64,000 nucleotides of DNA from an uncultured Sphaerobacteraceae bacterium (GCA_964610045.1 CAZSUN010000006.1:528-64527); one strand, 5' to 3'. Shown: positions 36,885-46,458, numbered from the stretch's first letter. The notes: generated by a model not told the origin, from the sequence alone. A program made the numbers and translations.

Positions 36885-37714
36885 TGCTCCAGGTCGAAGC
36901 AACCGGCACGATACTCGACCGGATCGTCGCCCAAACTGCGATAGACGTCGCGGAGCGAAAGAAGAATACGCCGATCGAGCGTCTGAGCGATCAGATCGCG
37001 CGAGGCCCGGCTCCGGTTGACCTTCGTGCGGCACTCCAACGTACCGATGTCGCCGTCATCGCCGAGTTCAAGCGGGCATCGCCGTCACGAGGACGCTTTC
37101 CGGTCGAAGCATCCGCCGTCGAGGTGACTGCGGCCTACGTCGAGGGTGGTGCCGCCGGAATCTCCTGCCTGACCGACACTCCATTCTTTCAGGGGACGCT
37201 CGATGACCTCACCGAGTCTGCGGCGGCGGCACGAGCGGCGCACATGCCGACCGGTGTACTGCGCAAGGACTTCATGATCGATCCGTACCAGGTGATCGAG
37301 GCGCGGGCATACGGCGCCAGTTGCATCCTGCTGATCGTAGCCTGCCTCCCGGACTCCATACTCCGGGAGCTCCAGGCATTGGCCTGGGAACACGGGATGG
37401 CCTGCCTTGTGGAAGTCCATGACGAGCGGGAGATGGAGCGCGCGATTGGGATTGGCGCGAACCTGATCGGCATCAACAACCGCGATCTCCACTCCTTCGA
37501 GGTCTCCCTCGACGTCACGCGGAGACTGGCGCCGATGGTCCCGTCCGATGTCGTCCTGGTCGGCGAGAGCGGCATCTTCACGCACGCGCATGTCGAAGAG
37601 ATGGGCGCAGCCGGGGTGGACGCGGTCCTGGTGGGCGAATCCCTGATCGTGCAGCCGGACCGTGCCGCCGCCGTGCGAGCGTTGACCGGCGCCAGGAAAT
37701 CCTGCCGTGGCTGA
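36884..37714 (+). CDS. trpC: indole-3-glycerol phosphate synthase
   Basis: 'IAEFKRASPS', 'LRKDFMIDPYQV', 'VEVHDE' and 'IGINNRDL'. The start is ATG 36884 (TGATG overlap with trpD) or GTG 36881. Confidence 0.9.
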   Translation: MLQVEATGTILDRIVAQTAIDVAERKKNTPIERLSDQIARGPAPVDLRAALQRTDVAVIAEFKRASPSRGRFPVEASAVEVTAAYVEGGAAGISCLTDTPFFQGTLDDLTESAAAARAAHMPTGVLRKDFMIDPYQVIEARAYGASCILLIVACLPDSILRELQALAWEHGMACLVEVHDEREMERAIGIGANLIGINNRDLHSFEVSLDVTRRLAPMVPSDVVLVGESGIFTHAHVEEMGAAGVDAVLVGESLIVQPDRAAAVRALTGARKSCRG

Positions 37715-38363
37715 CAGTCATACGATCAAGATCTGCGGAATATCGACGCCGGAAACGGCAATAGCCGTCGCCCAGAGTCGCGCGACCGCCATCGGATTCA
37801 TGTTGGCGGCCTCGCGCAGGCAGGTGAGCCCGGCAGGCATTCGCCGGATCAGGGACGAGGCGTCATTGCAGCGGCTCGCCATCGTGGGCGTCGTCGTGAA
37901 CGAGCCGGCGAACGTCATCCAGTCACTGGTCGATGACGGCCTGGTCGATATCGTGCAACTCTCCGGAGATGAATCCCCCGATCTACTCGATACATTGCCG
38001 GTGCCGGTCTGGAAGGCGTTGCGGTTCCCCTCTGGCACGCCGCTGGATCGAGCTCGCAATGAGATCGACAGCTGGCTCGATCGGGCGCAACCCGCGGATC
38101 GAATCCTGGTCGATGCATCCGTGGCCGGTGCATACGGCGGAACCGGACACACCGCGGATTGGGATCTCGTCGCCGCGCTGGCCGAACGGTATCCAGTCAT
38201 CCTCGCGGGCGGGCTGACACCAGGGAATGTCGACGTAGCCATCGCGCACGTTCAGCCGGCCGGTGTCGACGTCAGCAGCGGGGTCGAGACGGGCGAGAGC
38301 AAGGATCCCGAGAAGATCGTCGCCTTTGCAAACGCGGCCAATGCCGCGTTTGCGCGCCTATAG
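37707..38363 (+). CDS. trpF: phosphoribosylanthranilate isomerase
   Basis: 'IKICGIS', 'VQLSGDE', 'GGTG..DW' and 'ILAGGL.P.NV'. The GTG start overlaps the trpC end. Confidence 0.85.
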   Translation: MADSHTIKICGISTPETAIAVAQSRATAIGFMLAASRRQVSPAGIRRIRDEASLQRLAIVGVVVNEPANVIQSLVDDGLVDIVQLSGDESPDLLDTLPVPVWKALRFPSGTPLDRARNEIDSWLDRAQPADRILVDASVAGAYGGTGHTADWDLVAALAERYPVILAGGLTPGNVDVAIAHVQPAGVDVSSGVETGESKDPEKIVAFANAANAAFARL

Positions 38364-39095
38364 CTCCTCGTCGTCGAGTAGCAGCGGGGTAGTGTCAAGC
38401 CGTTCACCCAACCCGCACGTCCAGTTCAGGGTGCGGAGACGGATTTCCGCTTCGTGCGCGTAGCGGTCGCGTTGATCCGGGGAGAAGCTGGCGAGGGCGA
38501 CTCCGCCATCGGTCGAAAGGTCATCGCCCTGGGTGGCCAGGAGGTCGATCGCGCGAACTTCGGCGACGGTCTCACGCAATGCGGTTGCCGATTCGGCGTC
38601 CAGCGGCGTTGGCAGCAGCAGCCGCCAGTACAGGATTTCCCAACGCTCCCGTTCGACTGCCAGTTGCTCGTCGGCGCGCACGCGCAACCCGCCTGTCACC
38701 TGGTTCAGCGCCGTCCACGGACCTGGCGCCCAGGAAGCAGCCACGTGTTCCGGTTCCCCGGTGCTGAACACGGGAAGACGCGGCTCCTGAACGATCGAGA
38801 GTGCCCAGGCGATCGTTGACGCCTCCATCAGACCATCGTGACAGTGGGCGAGGTCCTCGTCAGTGAGCTTACCGGCCGCAGCATCCAGGCACTGGAAATC
38901 GCGCAATGTCAACCAGTTGACCAACTCGACCCGGGCCCAGGCTTCCAGTTCGAACCGGTCGGTTTCCCGCTCGTACGCGTCGAGCGACGGGTCGGACTCG
39001 ATGGCGCCGCGGCGGCCAAGCGAGGCCCTCGCCACGAGTTGCCCGACGAGCTCCATCACCGGCCACGGACTGATTTCCAATTCGTCGTCGTCCAC
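38358..39095 (-). CDS. hypothetical acidic protein (possibly DUF4272-like)
   Basis: 245 aa with a clean ORF and acidic termini ('MDDDELE', 'LLLDDEEL'). 'IRLRTLNWTCGLGERLDTTP' recalls DUF4272 tails, but I am not confident. Confidence 0.5.
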   Translation of the reverse strand: MDDDELEISPWPVMELVGQLVARASLGRRGAIESDPSLDAYERETDRFELEAWARVELVNWLTLRDFQCLDAAAGKLTDEDLAHCHDGLMEASTIAWALSIVQEPRLPVFSTGEPEHVAASWAPGPWTALNQVTGGLRVRADEQLAVERERWEILYWRLLLPTPLDAESATALRETVAEVRAIDLLATQGDDLSTDGGVALASFSPDQRDRYAHEAEIRLRTLNWTCGLGERLDTTPLLLDDEEL

Positions 39096-39156
39096 GATTT
39101 CTCCGGTCCAGATGCTTACTCGGATAAACGGCCTGCCCTACGACGGCAATGGTACG

Positions 39157-39840
39157 TCAGTCGTCAGCAGGGACGTCCTTGCCGCCAATCACGCCGGCCA
39201 GGAGTTGCCGGAGCCAGGCGTTCTCGTCGCCGGTGACCTCCTGGGAAACAGTTGCACCACGCACAGGGGCTCCCCTGGTCATTTGGTAGATGCCCCGGTC
39301 TCGCGTCAGGTATCCATAGTCGACGAGTTCCCGCCGGAGTGTCGCGACGTCCTCATGGGCTGGTCGCAGGAGATCGTTCACCTCTCGCTCCGTGTACGTG
39401 CTGGCAGGATCGAAGCGCTCCAGGAGATGCTGGAGAACGATCAGCCGTCGTTTCCGCTGGGACGGGATCTGTTTGAGTTGGTCGCCCACGAAGAAATCAC
39501 GGAGGACCTTTGCGCGAAAGGCGTCCTCCTCGGACTGGGCATCTCCCGGAGCTCGCTCCACCCAATCGCCGACCGGCACGGCGCGGGTCGAGCGCAACAG
39601 GTCACCGTTGAGGCGGTACCACTGGCGCTGGGCATCGGCCGCGGCGGTCACGATTCCCGCGTCAACGAGCTTCCGCATGTGATGGCTGACCGTTGCTGGC
39701 GTCAGTTCGAGCCGGTCCGCCAGATCCTTGCCGGTCAACGGCTCCACGGCCAGCAGACCGAGTATCCGGAGGCGGGTTTCATCGGCGATGACTTTCAGCA
39801 GGCGTGCGAGGTCTTCGAGTTGGTGGGTGGGTTGGGTCAT
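39157..39840 (-). CDS. ArsR/SmtB-type HTH regulator fused to DUF2087
   Basis: The HTH is 'LLKVIADETRLRILGLLAVEPLTGKDLADRLELTPATVSHHMRKLVDAGIV'. The C-terminal 'YTEREVNDLL...DVATLRRELVDYGYLTRD' is DUF2087-like. AGGAG lies upstream. Confidence 0.75.
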   Translation of the reverse strand: MTQPTHQLEDLARLLKVIADETRLRILGLLAVEPLTGKDLADRLELTPATVSHHMRKLVDAGIVTAAADAQRQWYRLNGDLLRSTRAVPVGDWVERAPGDAQSEEDAFRAKVLRDFFVGDQLKQIPSQRKRRLIVLQHLLERFDPASTYTEREVNDLLRPAHEDVATLRRELVDYGYLTRDRGIYQMTRGAPVRGATVSQEVTGDENAWLRQLLAGVIGGKDVPADD

Positions 39841-39854
39841 GTCGGATCTCCTGG

Positions 39855-39886
39855 TTCGATCATTGTCTAATTAGAAGACTATCGAA
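39855..39886. promoter_or_regulatory. AT-rich nested inverted repeat upstream of the ArsR-DUF2087 gene (candidate autoregulatory operator)
   Basis: TTCGAT-CATT-GTCT-AATTAGA-AGAC-T-ATCGAA lies 15-46 nt upstream of the start codon. It is the most AT-rich patch in the local region. Confidence 0.3.
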
Positions 39887-40024
39887 CAACGGAGTCCGTG
39901 TCAATCGTTGCCATCCAGGCCGAGGACGTCACGATTCTCTCAAGCGAACCGCATCACGCGAAATCTCGAATTTGAACGACGATCGCACGCGGTGGTCCGG
40001 ATTCAGCTGAATCGCCTGGATCTG

Positions 40025-41140
40025 CTAGACGTTGAAGAGGAAATTGATGATGTCGCCGTCGGCAACAACATACGTCTTGCCTTCACGTCGGAGGCTACCC
40101 GCCTTGCGGACTTCCGCCATGGTGCCGGAAGCAATCATGGCGTCGTAGCCAACAACTTCAGCGCGAATGAATCCGCGCTGGATGTCGGTGTGAATCTCTC
40201 CGGCGGCTTCGAGGGCAGTCGCGCCGCGACGAATCGTCCATGCCCGGCACTCATCCGGACCTACCGTGAAGAACGGCATCAATCCAAGCAGGGTGAACGA
40301 CCGCGCGACGATCCGGTCCAGACCCGATTCTTCAATCCCGAGGTCGCCCAGGAAGATGGCCGCGTCTTCCGCATCCAGTTGGCTGATTTCCATCTCGATC
40401 TTGCCGGCGATGGTATCGATCATCACCTTGGGGGCAGCGAAACTCTCGGTCAACTGCCCAAGAAGCGCCGACGCGGGGTCGCCCAACTGGTCTTCACCGA
40501 TATTGACGAGGATGAGCAATGGCTTCGCGGTCAGGAACCCGAAACCCCGCAGCATCCGGGTTTCGTCCTCATCAAGGTCATCGACGATCTCGCGCAACGG
40601 GGTATCAGCCTGGAGCGAGGCTTCGAGCTTGCGCATCAGGACCAGTTCGCGTTCGAGTATCTCCCGTTCGGGTCCGCGCGTCTTGCCGATCTGGGATTCG
40701 ATCCGCAGGATTCGTTTTTCGATCAGGCCCAGATCGCTGAAGAGGAGTTCGAGGTTCAGCGTTTCGATGTCCCGTGCCGGATTGACTGTGTCCTCCGTGT
40801 GCGCGACGTTGTCATCCTCGAACGACCGGACCACATGCACGAGGGCGTCCGCCTGAGCGAGGTGCCCGAGTAATTGGCCGCTCATTCCTTTTTCGGCGAT
40901 GCCCTTGGCAATGCCGGCGACGTCCAGATACTGCACGTCTGCCTGCACCTTGCGTTGCGGCTTGAACATCCCGGTCAGGATGTCGAGGCGCGCATCAGGA
41001 ACCTTGACCGTCGCGAGATTGGGTTCGTCACCCGACTGGCCGAATGTGCCAGTCGCGGCATCGGCGCGGGTGAGCGCGTTGAACACGGTCGTTTTTCCTG
41101 CGCCTGGCAGGCCGATGATCACGAGTTTTGTTTCCAACAC
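40025..41140 (-). CDS. ychF: redox-regulated ribosome-binding ATPase YchF
   Basis: 'GLPGAGKTTVFNALT', a coiled-coil insertion and a C-terminal TGS-like 'GFIRAEVV...GKTYVVADGDIINFLFNV'. Confidence 0.9.
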   Translation of the reverse strand: MLETKLVIIGLPGAGKTTVFNALTRADAATGTFGQSGDEPNLATVKVPDARLDILTGMFKPQRKVQADVQYLDVAGIAKGIAEKGMSGQLLGHLAQADALVHVVRSFEDDNVAHTEDTVNPARDIETLNLELLFSDLGLIEKRILRIESQIGKTRGPEREILERELVLMRKLEASLQADTPLREIVDDLDEDETRMLRGFGFLTAKPLLILVNIGEDQLGDPASALLGQLTESFAAPKVMIDTIAGKIEMEISQLDAEDAAIFLGDLGIEESGLDRIVARSFTLLGLMPFFTVGPDECRAWTIRRGATALEAAGEIHTDIQRGFIRAEVVGYDAMIASGTMAEVRKAGSLRREGKTYVVADGDIINFLFNV

Positions 41141-41185
41141 AACGTCCTTGCAAGGGTGATCGATGCCGGATCAGTGACGGCATAT

Positions 41186-44100
41186 TCAGGATTGGGTACG
41201 GGCGATCGCGACTTCCAGGGTCGAGGTCCCGACCTTGAGACGGGCATAGCCTTCGGCTTCCGAGAGTTCGCCATCGCGCTGGAGCGACGACGCGAGCACT
41301 TCGCGCCCGATCTCATCCCGATGGGCGTCAATAGCTGCGGCCACTTCGTTGTTTTCTGCCTGCCAACGCACGTCAATCGTGTCTTCAATCTGCAATTCCA
41401 GTTGCTTGCGGGCATCCTGGATCGCGCGAATCACGTCTCGGGCGACACCTTCCAGCACCAATTCCGGCGTCAGCGTGGTATCCAGCACCACGGTCGCCTC
41501 CGGGCTCTGTGCGGCGGCGTACCCTTCACGCTTGCGAAGATTGACAATCACCTCGGCCGGCATCAACTCGATCGTTTCGCCATCCGCGAGCGTCAACGCA
41601 ACGTTTCTGCCGCCCTCGACCGTAGCGGCCACGTCGCCTGCGGATTCCTTTGATAGCGCCGCGCGGATCCCGCCCAGACGCTTCCCGTATTTCGGTCCAA
41701 GGACTGGCAGGTTCGGCAGGATCTCGTAGGAAACGATCTCGCCGGGCTCATCGAGCGCTCGAACATCCTTGACGTTGAGTTCGTCGAGAATCTGTTCCTT
41801 GAGCCGGACGACCGCCCTGGCTCCCGCTGGATTGCGGGTGTGGACGAGGATGGCCGGAAGCGGTTGCCGCACCTTGATATTGGCTTCGGCCCGGGCCGAT
41901 CGGCCGAGCCTGACGACCTCCAGTACGGCTGCCATGTCCTCCGACAGGGCACTGTCGATGGCTGCTTCACTGGCCATGGGGAAGTCTGTCAGATGTACCG
42001 ACTGGACGGCATCGGTATCCATTGATCGCACGAGGTTTTGGTACATCTCCTCGCTGATGAATGGCAGGATCGGCGCGAGCAGGCGCGCGACGATGACGAG
42101 CGCCTCGTGGAGCGTTTCGTAGGCGGCTGCCTTGTCGATATCGCTCTCCGGCTTCCAGAATCGGCGCCGGTTCCGACGGATGTACCAGTTCGACAGTTCC
42201 TCGATCACGAAGTGCTCGATCGCCCGCGCTCCAGTGGCGATGTCGTACGCGTCGAACGAGTCGCGAACGGCCTGCACGAGCTCGTTGGCACGGGAAATGA
42301 TCCAGCGGTCGAGCAGGGTCCGGTCGGCAAGCGGCGTCGGCGTAGCCGGCGGTACCCAGCCGTCGATCCGGGCATAGGTCACGAAGAACGAGTAGGAGTT
42401 CCAGAGTGGCAGGATGAACCGCCGTCGCACCTCGTCCGTGACGTTGTAGCCGAACCCGAGGTTGTTGGTTGGTGTCACTGTGGCGAACAGCCAGCGCATG
42501 GTGTCGACCCCAATGACCTCGGCGGCATCGTCGAACCAGATGGCATTGCCCTTGCTCTTGTGCATCTCCTCGCCCTTTTCGTCGCGCATCAGGGCGTAGG
42601 TGAAGACATGCCGGAAGGGCGCTTCGCCAGTGAGGGCAACGCTTTCGGCGATGAGCGAGTAGAACCAGTTCCGGAACTGCCCGGGAAAGCTCTCGCTGAT
42701 CATGTCCGCGGGATACCACTCGCGCCAATACTCGCGGTCATGCCGGAATTGCAGGGTCGAGAGCGCGACGATCCCGGCGTCGAGCCAGACGTTGCCAACG
42801 TCAGCGATCCGCTTGACGGGCTTGCCGCAACCGGAACAGGCGATCTCGACGTGGTCGATCCAGGGCCGGTGCGGTGTGTGTCCCTCGTATTCATCCCAGC
42901 CGCGTACTGCCCGCTCCTTCAGCTCGGTCTCGGAACCGATCACCTCGAAGGCGCCGCACTCCTCACAGTCGTATATAGGGAGGGCAAGGCCCCAATACCG
43001 CTTCTTGGAAATCATCCAGTCCTGCATGTTCAGGAGCCAGTCGAGCTCCCGCTCCATGCCGAAGGATGGGTACCAGTTCGTCGCCTTCGTCGCCTCCATC
43101 AAGAGCGGGCGCAACTGATCCATGTCGATAAACCACTCATCGACAAGGCGGAAGACGAGATCGGTGCCACATCGCCAGCAGACCGGGTACCGGTGGCTGT
43201 ACATCTCCGAACGGTAGAGGAGACCCTTCTCCTTCAGGTTCGCCTCAATGTCCTTCGCGACATCGTGAGCGTACCGCTCGGAGAGCCAGTCGTACCCATC
43301 GAGATAGATGCCCGATTCGTTGATGGGCGCGATGACCTGCAAGTCTTCGGCCTTGGAGAGGGCAAAGTCCTCCTTGCCGCATCCAGGGGCGATGTGAACG
43401 ATACCGGTACCTTCCTCGGCCCCGACATCGCCCCAGGCGATCACCCGGTGCTGGACCCCCTCGGCGGCCGGAAGCTCGTCGAAGGGTCCGGTATATCGGC
43501 GGCCGACGAGATCGGCCCCCTTGAGTTCCGCCACGATTTCGTGTTCACCGCGAATCGCGTTGCTGACGGCATCCTTTGCAAGGTAGAAAAGCTCGTCGCC
43601 TTGCTGAAGCTTGACGTAATCTATATCCGGATTGACCGCGGCCGCGACATTGGCCGGCAATGTCCACGGCGTGGTGGTCCACACCATCAGCGACGCGTCC
43701 TCATCCAGCAACGGGAAGGTGGCGAAGAGGGAGAGATGCGTCCGTGTCTGATAGCCCTCGGTGACGATTTCCTGTTCCGAGATACCGGTGCCGCAACGCG
43801 GGCACCAGGGCATGACATCGACGCCCTTGTAGATCCAGCCGCGTTCGTGGCACGACTTGAGGAACATCCAGATGGTGTAGTTGTTTTCCTCGGACATCGT
43901 GTAGTACGAGTTGTCCCAGTCCATCCAGTAGGCAAGCCGCTTCGACTGCTCGGTCTGGCGTTCCGAATAGGTCCAGACGCGCTGCTTGCAGTGCTCCACG
44001 AACTCGGCGATGCCGAACGATTCGATCTCCCGCTTGTTCTTCAGGCCGAGTTCCTTTTCGACCTCGACCTCAACCCATAGACCCTGGCAGTCGAATCCGT

Positions 44101-44371
44101 TCTGGAATCGTTGTCGCTTCCCAAGCATCGCGTGGTACCGCTGGAAGACGTCCTTGTAGGTTCGTCCCCAGGCGTGATGCACGCCCATCGGATTGTTCGC
44201 GGTGATGGGTCCGTCGATGAACGAGAAGCGGGTATCCGACTCGTCGTTGCGGTGCAGGTACTGCTGCATAACGCGGTTGTCATTCCACCAGGCGATGCGC
44301 TCTCGCTCCTGGTGAGGAAAGTCAACCCTGTTCGGTACTTCCCGAAACGTCCGGGTCGCGGCTTGTGCCAT
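41186..44371 (-). CDS. ileS: isoleucine--tRNA ligase
   Basis: 'PITANNPMGVHHAWGR' (HIGH), 'KMHKSKGN' (KMSKS) and 'WTTTPWTLP'. The ATG at 44371 follows AGGAG. The 68 extra codons in the track ORF are leader sequence. Confidence 0.95.
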   Translation of the reverse strand: MAQAATRTFREVPNRVDFPHQERERIAWWNDNRVMQQYLHRNDESDTRFSFIDGPITANNPMGVHHAWGRTYKDVFQRYHAMLGKRQRFQNGFDCQGLWVEVEVEKELGLKNKREIESFGIAEFVEHCKQRVWTYSERQTEQSKRLAYWMDWDNSYYTMSEENNYTIWMFLKSCHERGWIYKGVDVMPWCPRCGTGISEQEIVTEGYQTRTHLSLFATFPLLDEDASLMVWTTTPWTLPANVAAAVNPDIDYVKLQQGDELFYLAKDAVSNAIRGEHEIVAELKGADLVGRRYTGPFDELPAAEGVQHRVIAWGDVGAEEGTGIVHIAPGCGKEDFALSKAEDLQVIAPINESGIYLDGYDWLSERYAHDVAKDIEANLKEKGLLYRSEMYSHRYPVCWRCGTDLVFRLVDEWFIDMDQLRPLLMEATKATNWYPSFGMERELDWLLNMQDWMISKKRYWGLALPIYDCEECGAFEVIGSETELKERAVRGWDEYEGHTPHRPWIDHVEIACSGCGKPVKRIADVGNVWLDAGIVALSTLQFRHDREYWREWYPADMISESFPGQFRNWFYSLIAESVALTGEAPFRHVFTYALMRDEKGEEMHKSKGNAIWFDDAAEVIGVDTMRWLFATVTPTNNLGFGYNVTDEVRRRFILPLWNSYSFFVTYARIDGWVPPATPTPLADRTLLDRWIISRANELVQAVRDSFDAYDIATGARAIEHFVIEELSNWYIRRNRRRFWKPESDIDKAAAYETLHEALVIVARLLAPILPFISEEMYQNLVRSMDTDAVQSVHLTDFPMASEAAIDSALSEDMAAVLEVVRLGRSARAEANIKVRQPLPAILVHTRNPAGARAVVRLKEQILDELNVKDVRALDEPGEIVSYEILPNLPVLGPKYGKRLGGIRAALSKESAGDVAATVEGGRNVALTLADGETIELMPAEVIVNLRKREGYAAAQSPEATVVLDTTLTPELVLEGVARDVIRAIQDARKQLELQIEDTIDVRWQAENNEVAAAIDAHRDEIGREVLASSLQRDGELSEAEGYARLKVGTSTLEVAIARTQS

Positions 44372-44420
44372 GTCGTTTTCGCTCCTGACCCTGCCGGCGC
44401 AGGGTCGTACCTCGTGATGC

Positions 44421-44465
44421 AACAAAACGCCCATCCTGGCGAGGACGGGCCGAAGGGGATGGACG
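44421..44465 (-). terminator. terminator/attenuator-like hairpin in the ileS leader
   Basis: On the minus-strand RNA, a 9-bp stem CGUCCAUCC / GGAUGGGCG with a 20-nt loop is followed by UUUUGUU. It lies 50 nt upstream of the ileS ATG and about 145 nt after the PAP2 stop. Confidence 0.4.
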
Positions 44466-44609
44466 GCGACCGTGAATGCCTGGTGGGAACCTGCCACGTG
44501 CTGATCGGATTCCAGACTGGAGTGCGCCTTCTGGCGATTTGGGCGGGCAGGATTCCTATCCGAGGATCGCGGCAATCCAGTCCCTGAATTGTACCAGCAG
44601 GCGTGGACG

Positions 44610-45356
44610 CTACCGGACCTGGCCGTGTCGCTTCGAAACCTTGACGCGAACGAACCGATAGACGTTGGTCAGGGCCAGCAGATAGGTCGTGCCCAGCATG
44701 TACGAAGCGCTCACATCGGTGAACCAGTGATGCCCCAGGTAGACGCGGCTTGGACCGACCAGCGAGATCAATGAAACCAGGAACCCAACGATCGTTCGCC
44801 GGATCGCCGTGGGCCGGATCCAGGTGTGGGCCAGGTAGGCGAGGAATCCATAGACCCCGATGTAGTTCAGCACATGCCCGCTCGGGAAGCTGCTTCCGCC
44901 GATATTGGCGGAGACGACGCGAATCGTGCTGTCAGCGCCGGTTGGTCGGGGTCGCCGCATGGCCCGCTTGACGCTGAACGAAATGACGCCAGTGCCCCAG
45001 GCCAACAGTTGGAAGAGGGCTTCGAGACGGAACCCCAGCATCCAGAGCGTTGCCGAGATAGCGGGAGGCAACAACCGGCTTTGCGGCGGAAATCCCGGCC
45101 AGGACACGACGTGCATCAGGCGGTCGAAGACCGCGCTCTTCTGGCCCTGTACCTTGATCGTGATCGCGGCATCGACCGCCTGGCTTCGATTGCGCCTGAC
45201 GAGGACGAAAAGGACCGAGAACACGGCGAGACAGACGGCTGCGATGCCGATCCCCGCCGCGCCCCGCGTTACCGCCAATCGATCCGGATTGAACGTCGCG
45301 GGATGTCGATCCCGATAGCTGCTCGATTTGACTTCCGTCCTTCGGATTACCGCCAT
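44610..45356 (-). CDS. PAP2 superfamily phosphatase (membrane)
   Basis: The three PAP2 motifs are 'KRAMRRPRP', 'SFPSGH' and 'SRVYLGHHWFTDV'. The protein is multi-TM. Confidence 0.8.
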   Translation of the reverse strand: MAVIRRTEVKSSSYRDRHPATFNPDRLAVTRGAAGIGIAAVCLAVFSVLFVLVRRNRSQAVDAAITIKVQGQKSAVFDRLMHVVSWPGFPPQSRLLPPAISATLWMLGFRLEALFQLLAWGTGVISFSVKRAMRRPRPTGADSTIRVVSANIGGSSFPSGHVLNYIGVYGFLAYLAHTWIRPTAIRRTIVGFLVSLISLVGPSRVYLGHHWFTDVSASYMLGTTYLLALTNVYRFVRVKVSKRHGQVR

Positions 45357-45499
45357 CGGCGCGATCTACCCCCAAGTGTTCCTCACGTCTCCATCCACGC
45401 CGGTGAGTGTACCCGGTCAGCGGTCGCCTGCGCGGTACACTTGCGGCAAGAAACGCCGCTGGAACGGTCGAGCGCTCCCAGCGGAAGCGAGGCAATCCG

Positions 45500-46327
45500 A
45501 TGCAGTATCCCCAAACTCGCGTGATGAGCGAATTGCCGAGACTCGCCTCCCGGTACTGGCTTTGGCCGCTGGTCGCGGGAGTCGGTGGCGTCGCGTTCTT
45601 CACCTCGCCCGGCGATTACGGCGCCACCGCAACCAGCCTGCTGCACGGTCTCTGCGCCCAGACCCCATCGCACACCCTGCAATTCGGCGGCCAACCCTTG
45701 CCGTTCGATTCCCGCATGACCGGAATCTATGGCGGATTCCTGGCCACCTTCGTCTGGCTCCTCTCGACCGGAAGGCTGCTGCGCTACGGCAATCCGCCCC
45801 GGTTGGTCGTCGCCATCCTTGGCTGCCTTGTTGGCCTGATGGCGATCGATGGATTCAATTCGCTGGTCACCGACCTGGGTTTGTGGCATCCCTACAGCAC
45901 ATCGAATGCCACACGGGTGATCACCGGCTATGGCACCGGCATTGCGCTGGCGGTGGCGATTTCCTGGCTCCTCGCATCATCGCTCTGGCACGTGAGTGTG
46001 GGAACGCAGGGAGTGGGACGGATCCGGGACCTGACAGTACCGTTCGCGGCGCTGGCCGTGTACGGGGCACTCCTCTGGTCGCGCCCTGCCTGGCTCCACC
46101 TGCCTGTATCGATGACGCTGGTTGCGTCGGCGTGGATCGTGGTGACGTTGCTTTCGCTGGTGATCATCCTGCTGTCTTTCCGCCTCGACGCCACGATCCG
46201 GCGAGTCGACCAGCTCCACGTTCCGGTTGCGACTGCCTCTCTCATGGCGATCGTGGTGATGATGGCCCTGGCCGGCGTTCGGTTCTGGGTCGAACACCGA
46301 TTCGGGATTTCGAACGCGATGATGTAG
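45500..46327 (+). CDS. polytopic membrane protein, DUF2085-like
   Basis: 'LLHGLCAQTPSHTL.FGG.PLPFDSRMTGIYGGF' resembles the DUF2085 core as I recall it (..CHQ.. / ..CARCTGIY..), with several Cys positions substituted. The start was chosen at ATG 45500. Confidence 0.5.
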   Translation: MQYPQTRVMSELPRLASRYWLWPLVAGVGGVAFFTSPGDYGATATSLLHGLCAQTPSHTLQFGGQPLPFDSRMTGIYGGFLATFVWLLSTGRLLRYGNPPRLVVAILGCLVGLMAIDGFNSLVTDLGLWHPYSTSNATRVITGYGTGIALAVAISWLLASSLWHVSVGTQGVGRIRDLTVPFAALAVYGALLWSRPAWLHLPVSMTLVASAWIVVTLLSLVIILLSFRLDATIRRVDQLHVPVATASLMAIVVMMALAGVRFWVEHRFGISNAMM

Positions 46328-46458
46328 TGCCCAGGTCCGCGCTCCGGGGAAGCCGAAGGCACCCGCTGTGCTAGACTTTCGGTCATGCGGAACCCCGCCA
46401 AACCGGCTGCACCCGGGTCACCAAACCGGGGCCTTGCGTCAACACACCCAGGTACAAC

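Noticed and set aside
40000-40013. 14-bp perfect palindrome GATTCAGCTGAATC just downstream of ychF.
   Set aside because: It is too short and has too small a loop to be a convincing terminator, and no U-tract follows. As an operator it is 160 nt from the next start codon. The evidence is insufficient.
42038-44080. Very long ORFs antisense to confidently assigned genes. Examples: 42038-44080(+) opposite ileS, 48728-51007(-) opposite the Mo subunit/recN, 58271-60391(+) opposite hppA, 4254-5453(-) opposite cls, 18505-19440(-), 19883-20521(-), 20518-21489(-), 33919-35046(-), 39908-40873(+), 40874-41653(+), 45928-47121(-), 17300-18508(-) and 25521-26504(-).
   Set aside because: These are typical high-GC shadow ORFs. 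Their translations are Arg/Gly/Pro/His-rich with no recognisable motifs, and the opposite strand carries strong family signatures across the same span.
44372-44609. Calling the ileS leader a T-box riboswitch.
   Set aside because: I could not find a GGUGGNACCGCG core or an AGUA/GAA specifier S-turn. It is kept only as an unexplained structured leader.
45328-46374. 348-aa ORF overlapping the DUF2085-like gene in another frame.
   Set aside because: The translation is Arg/Pro-rich and non-membrane. The alternative frame (45500-46327) gives a coherent polytopic membrane protein.
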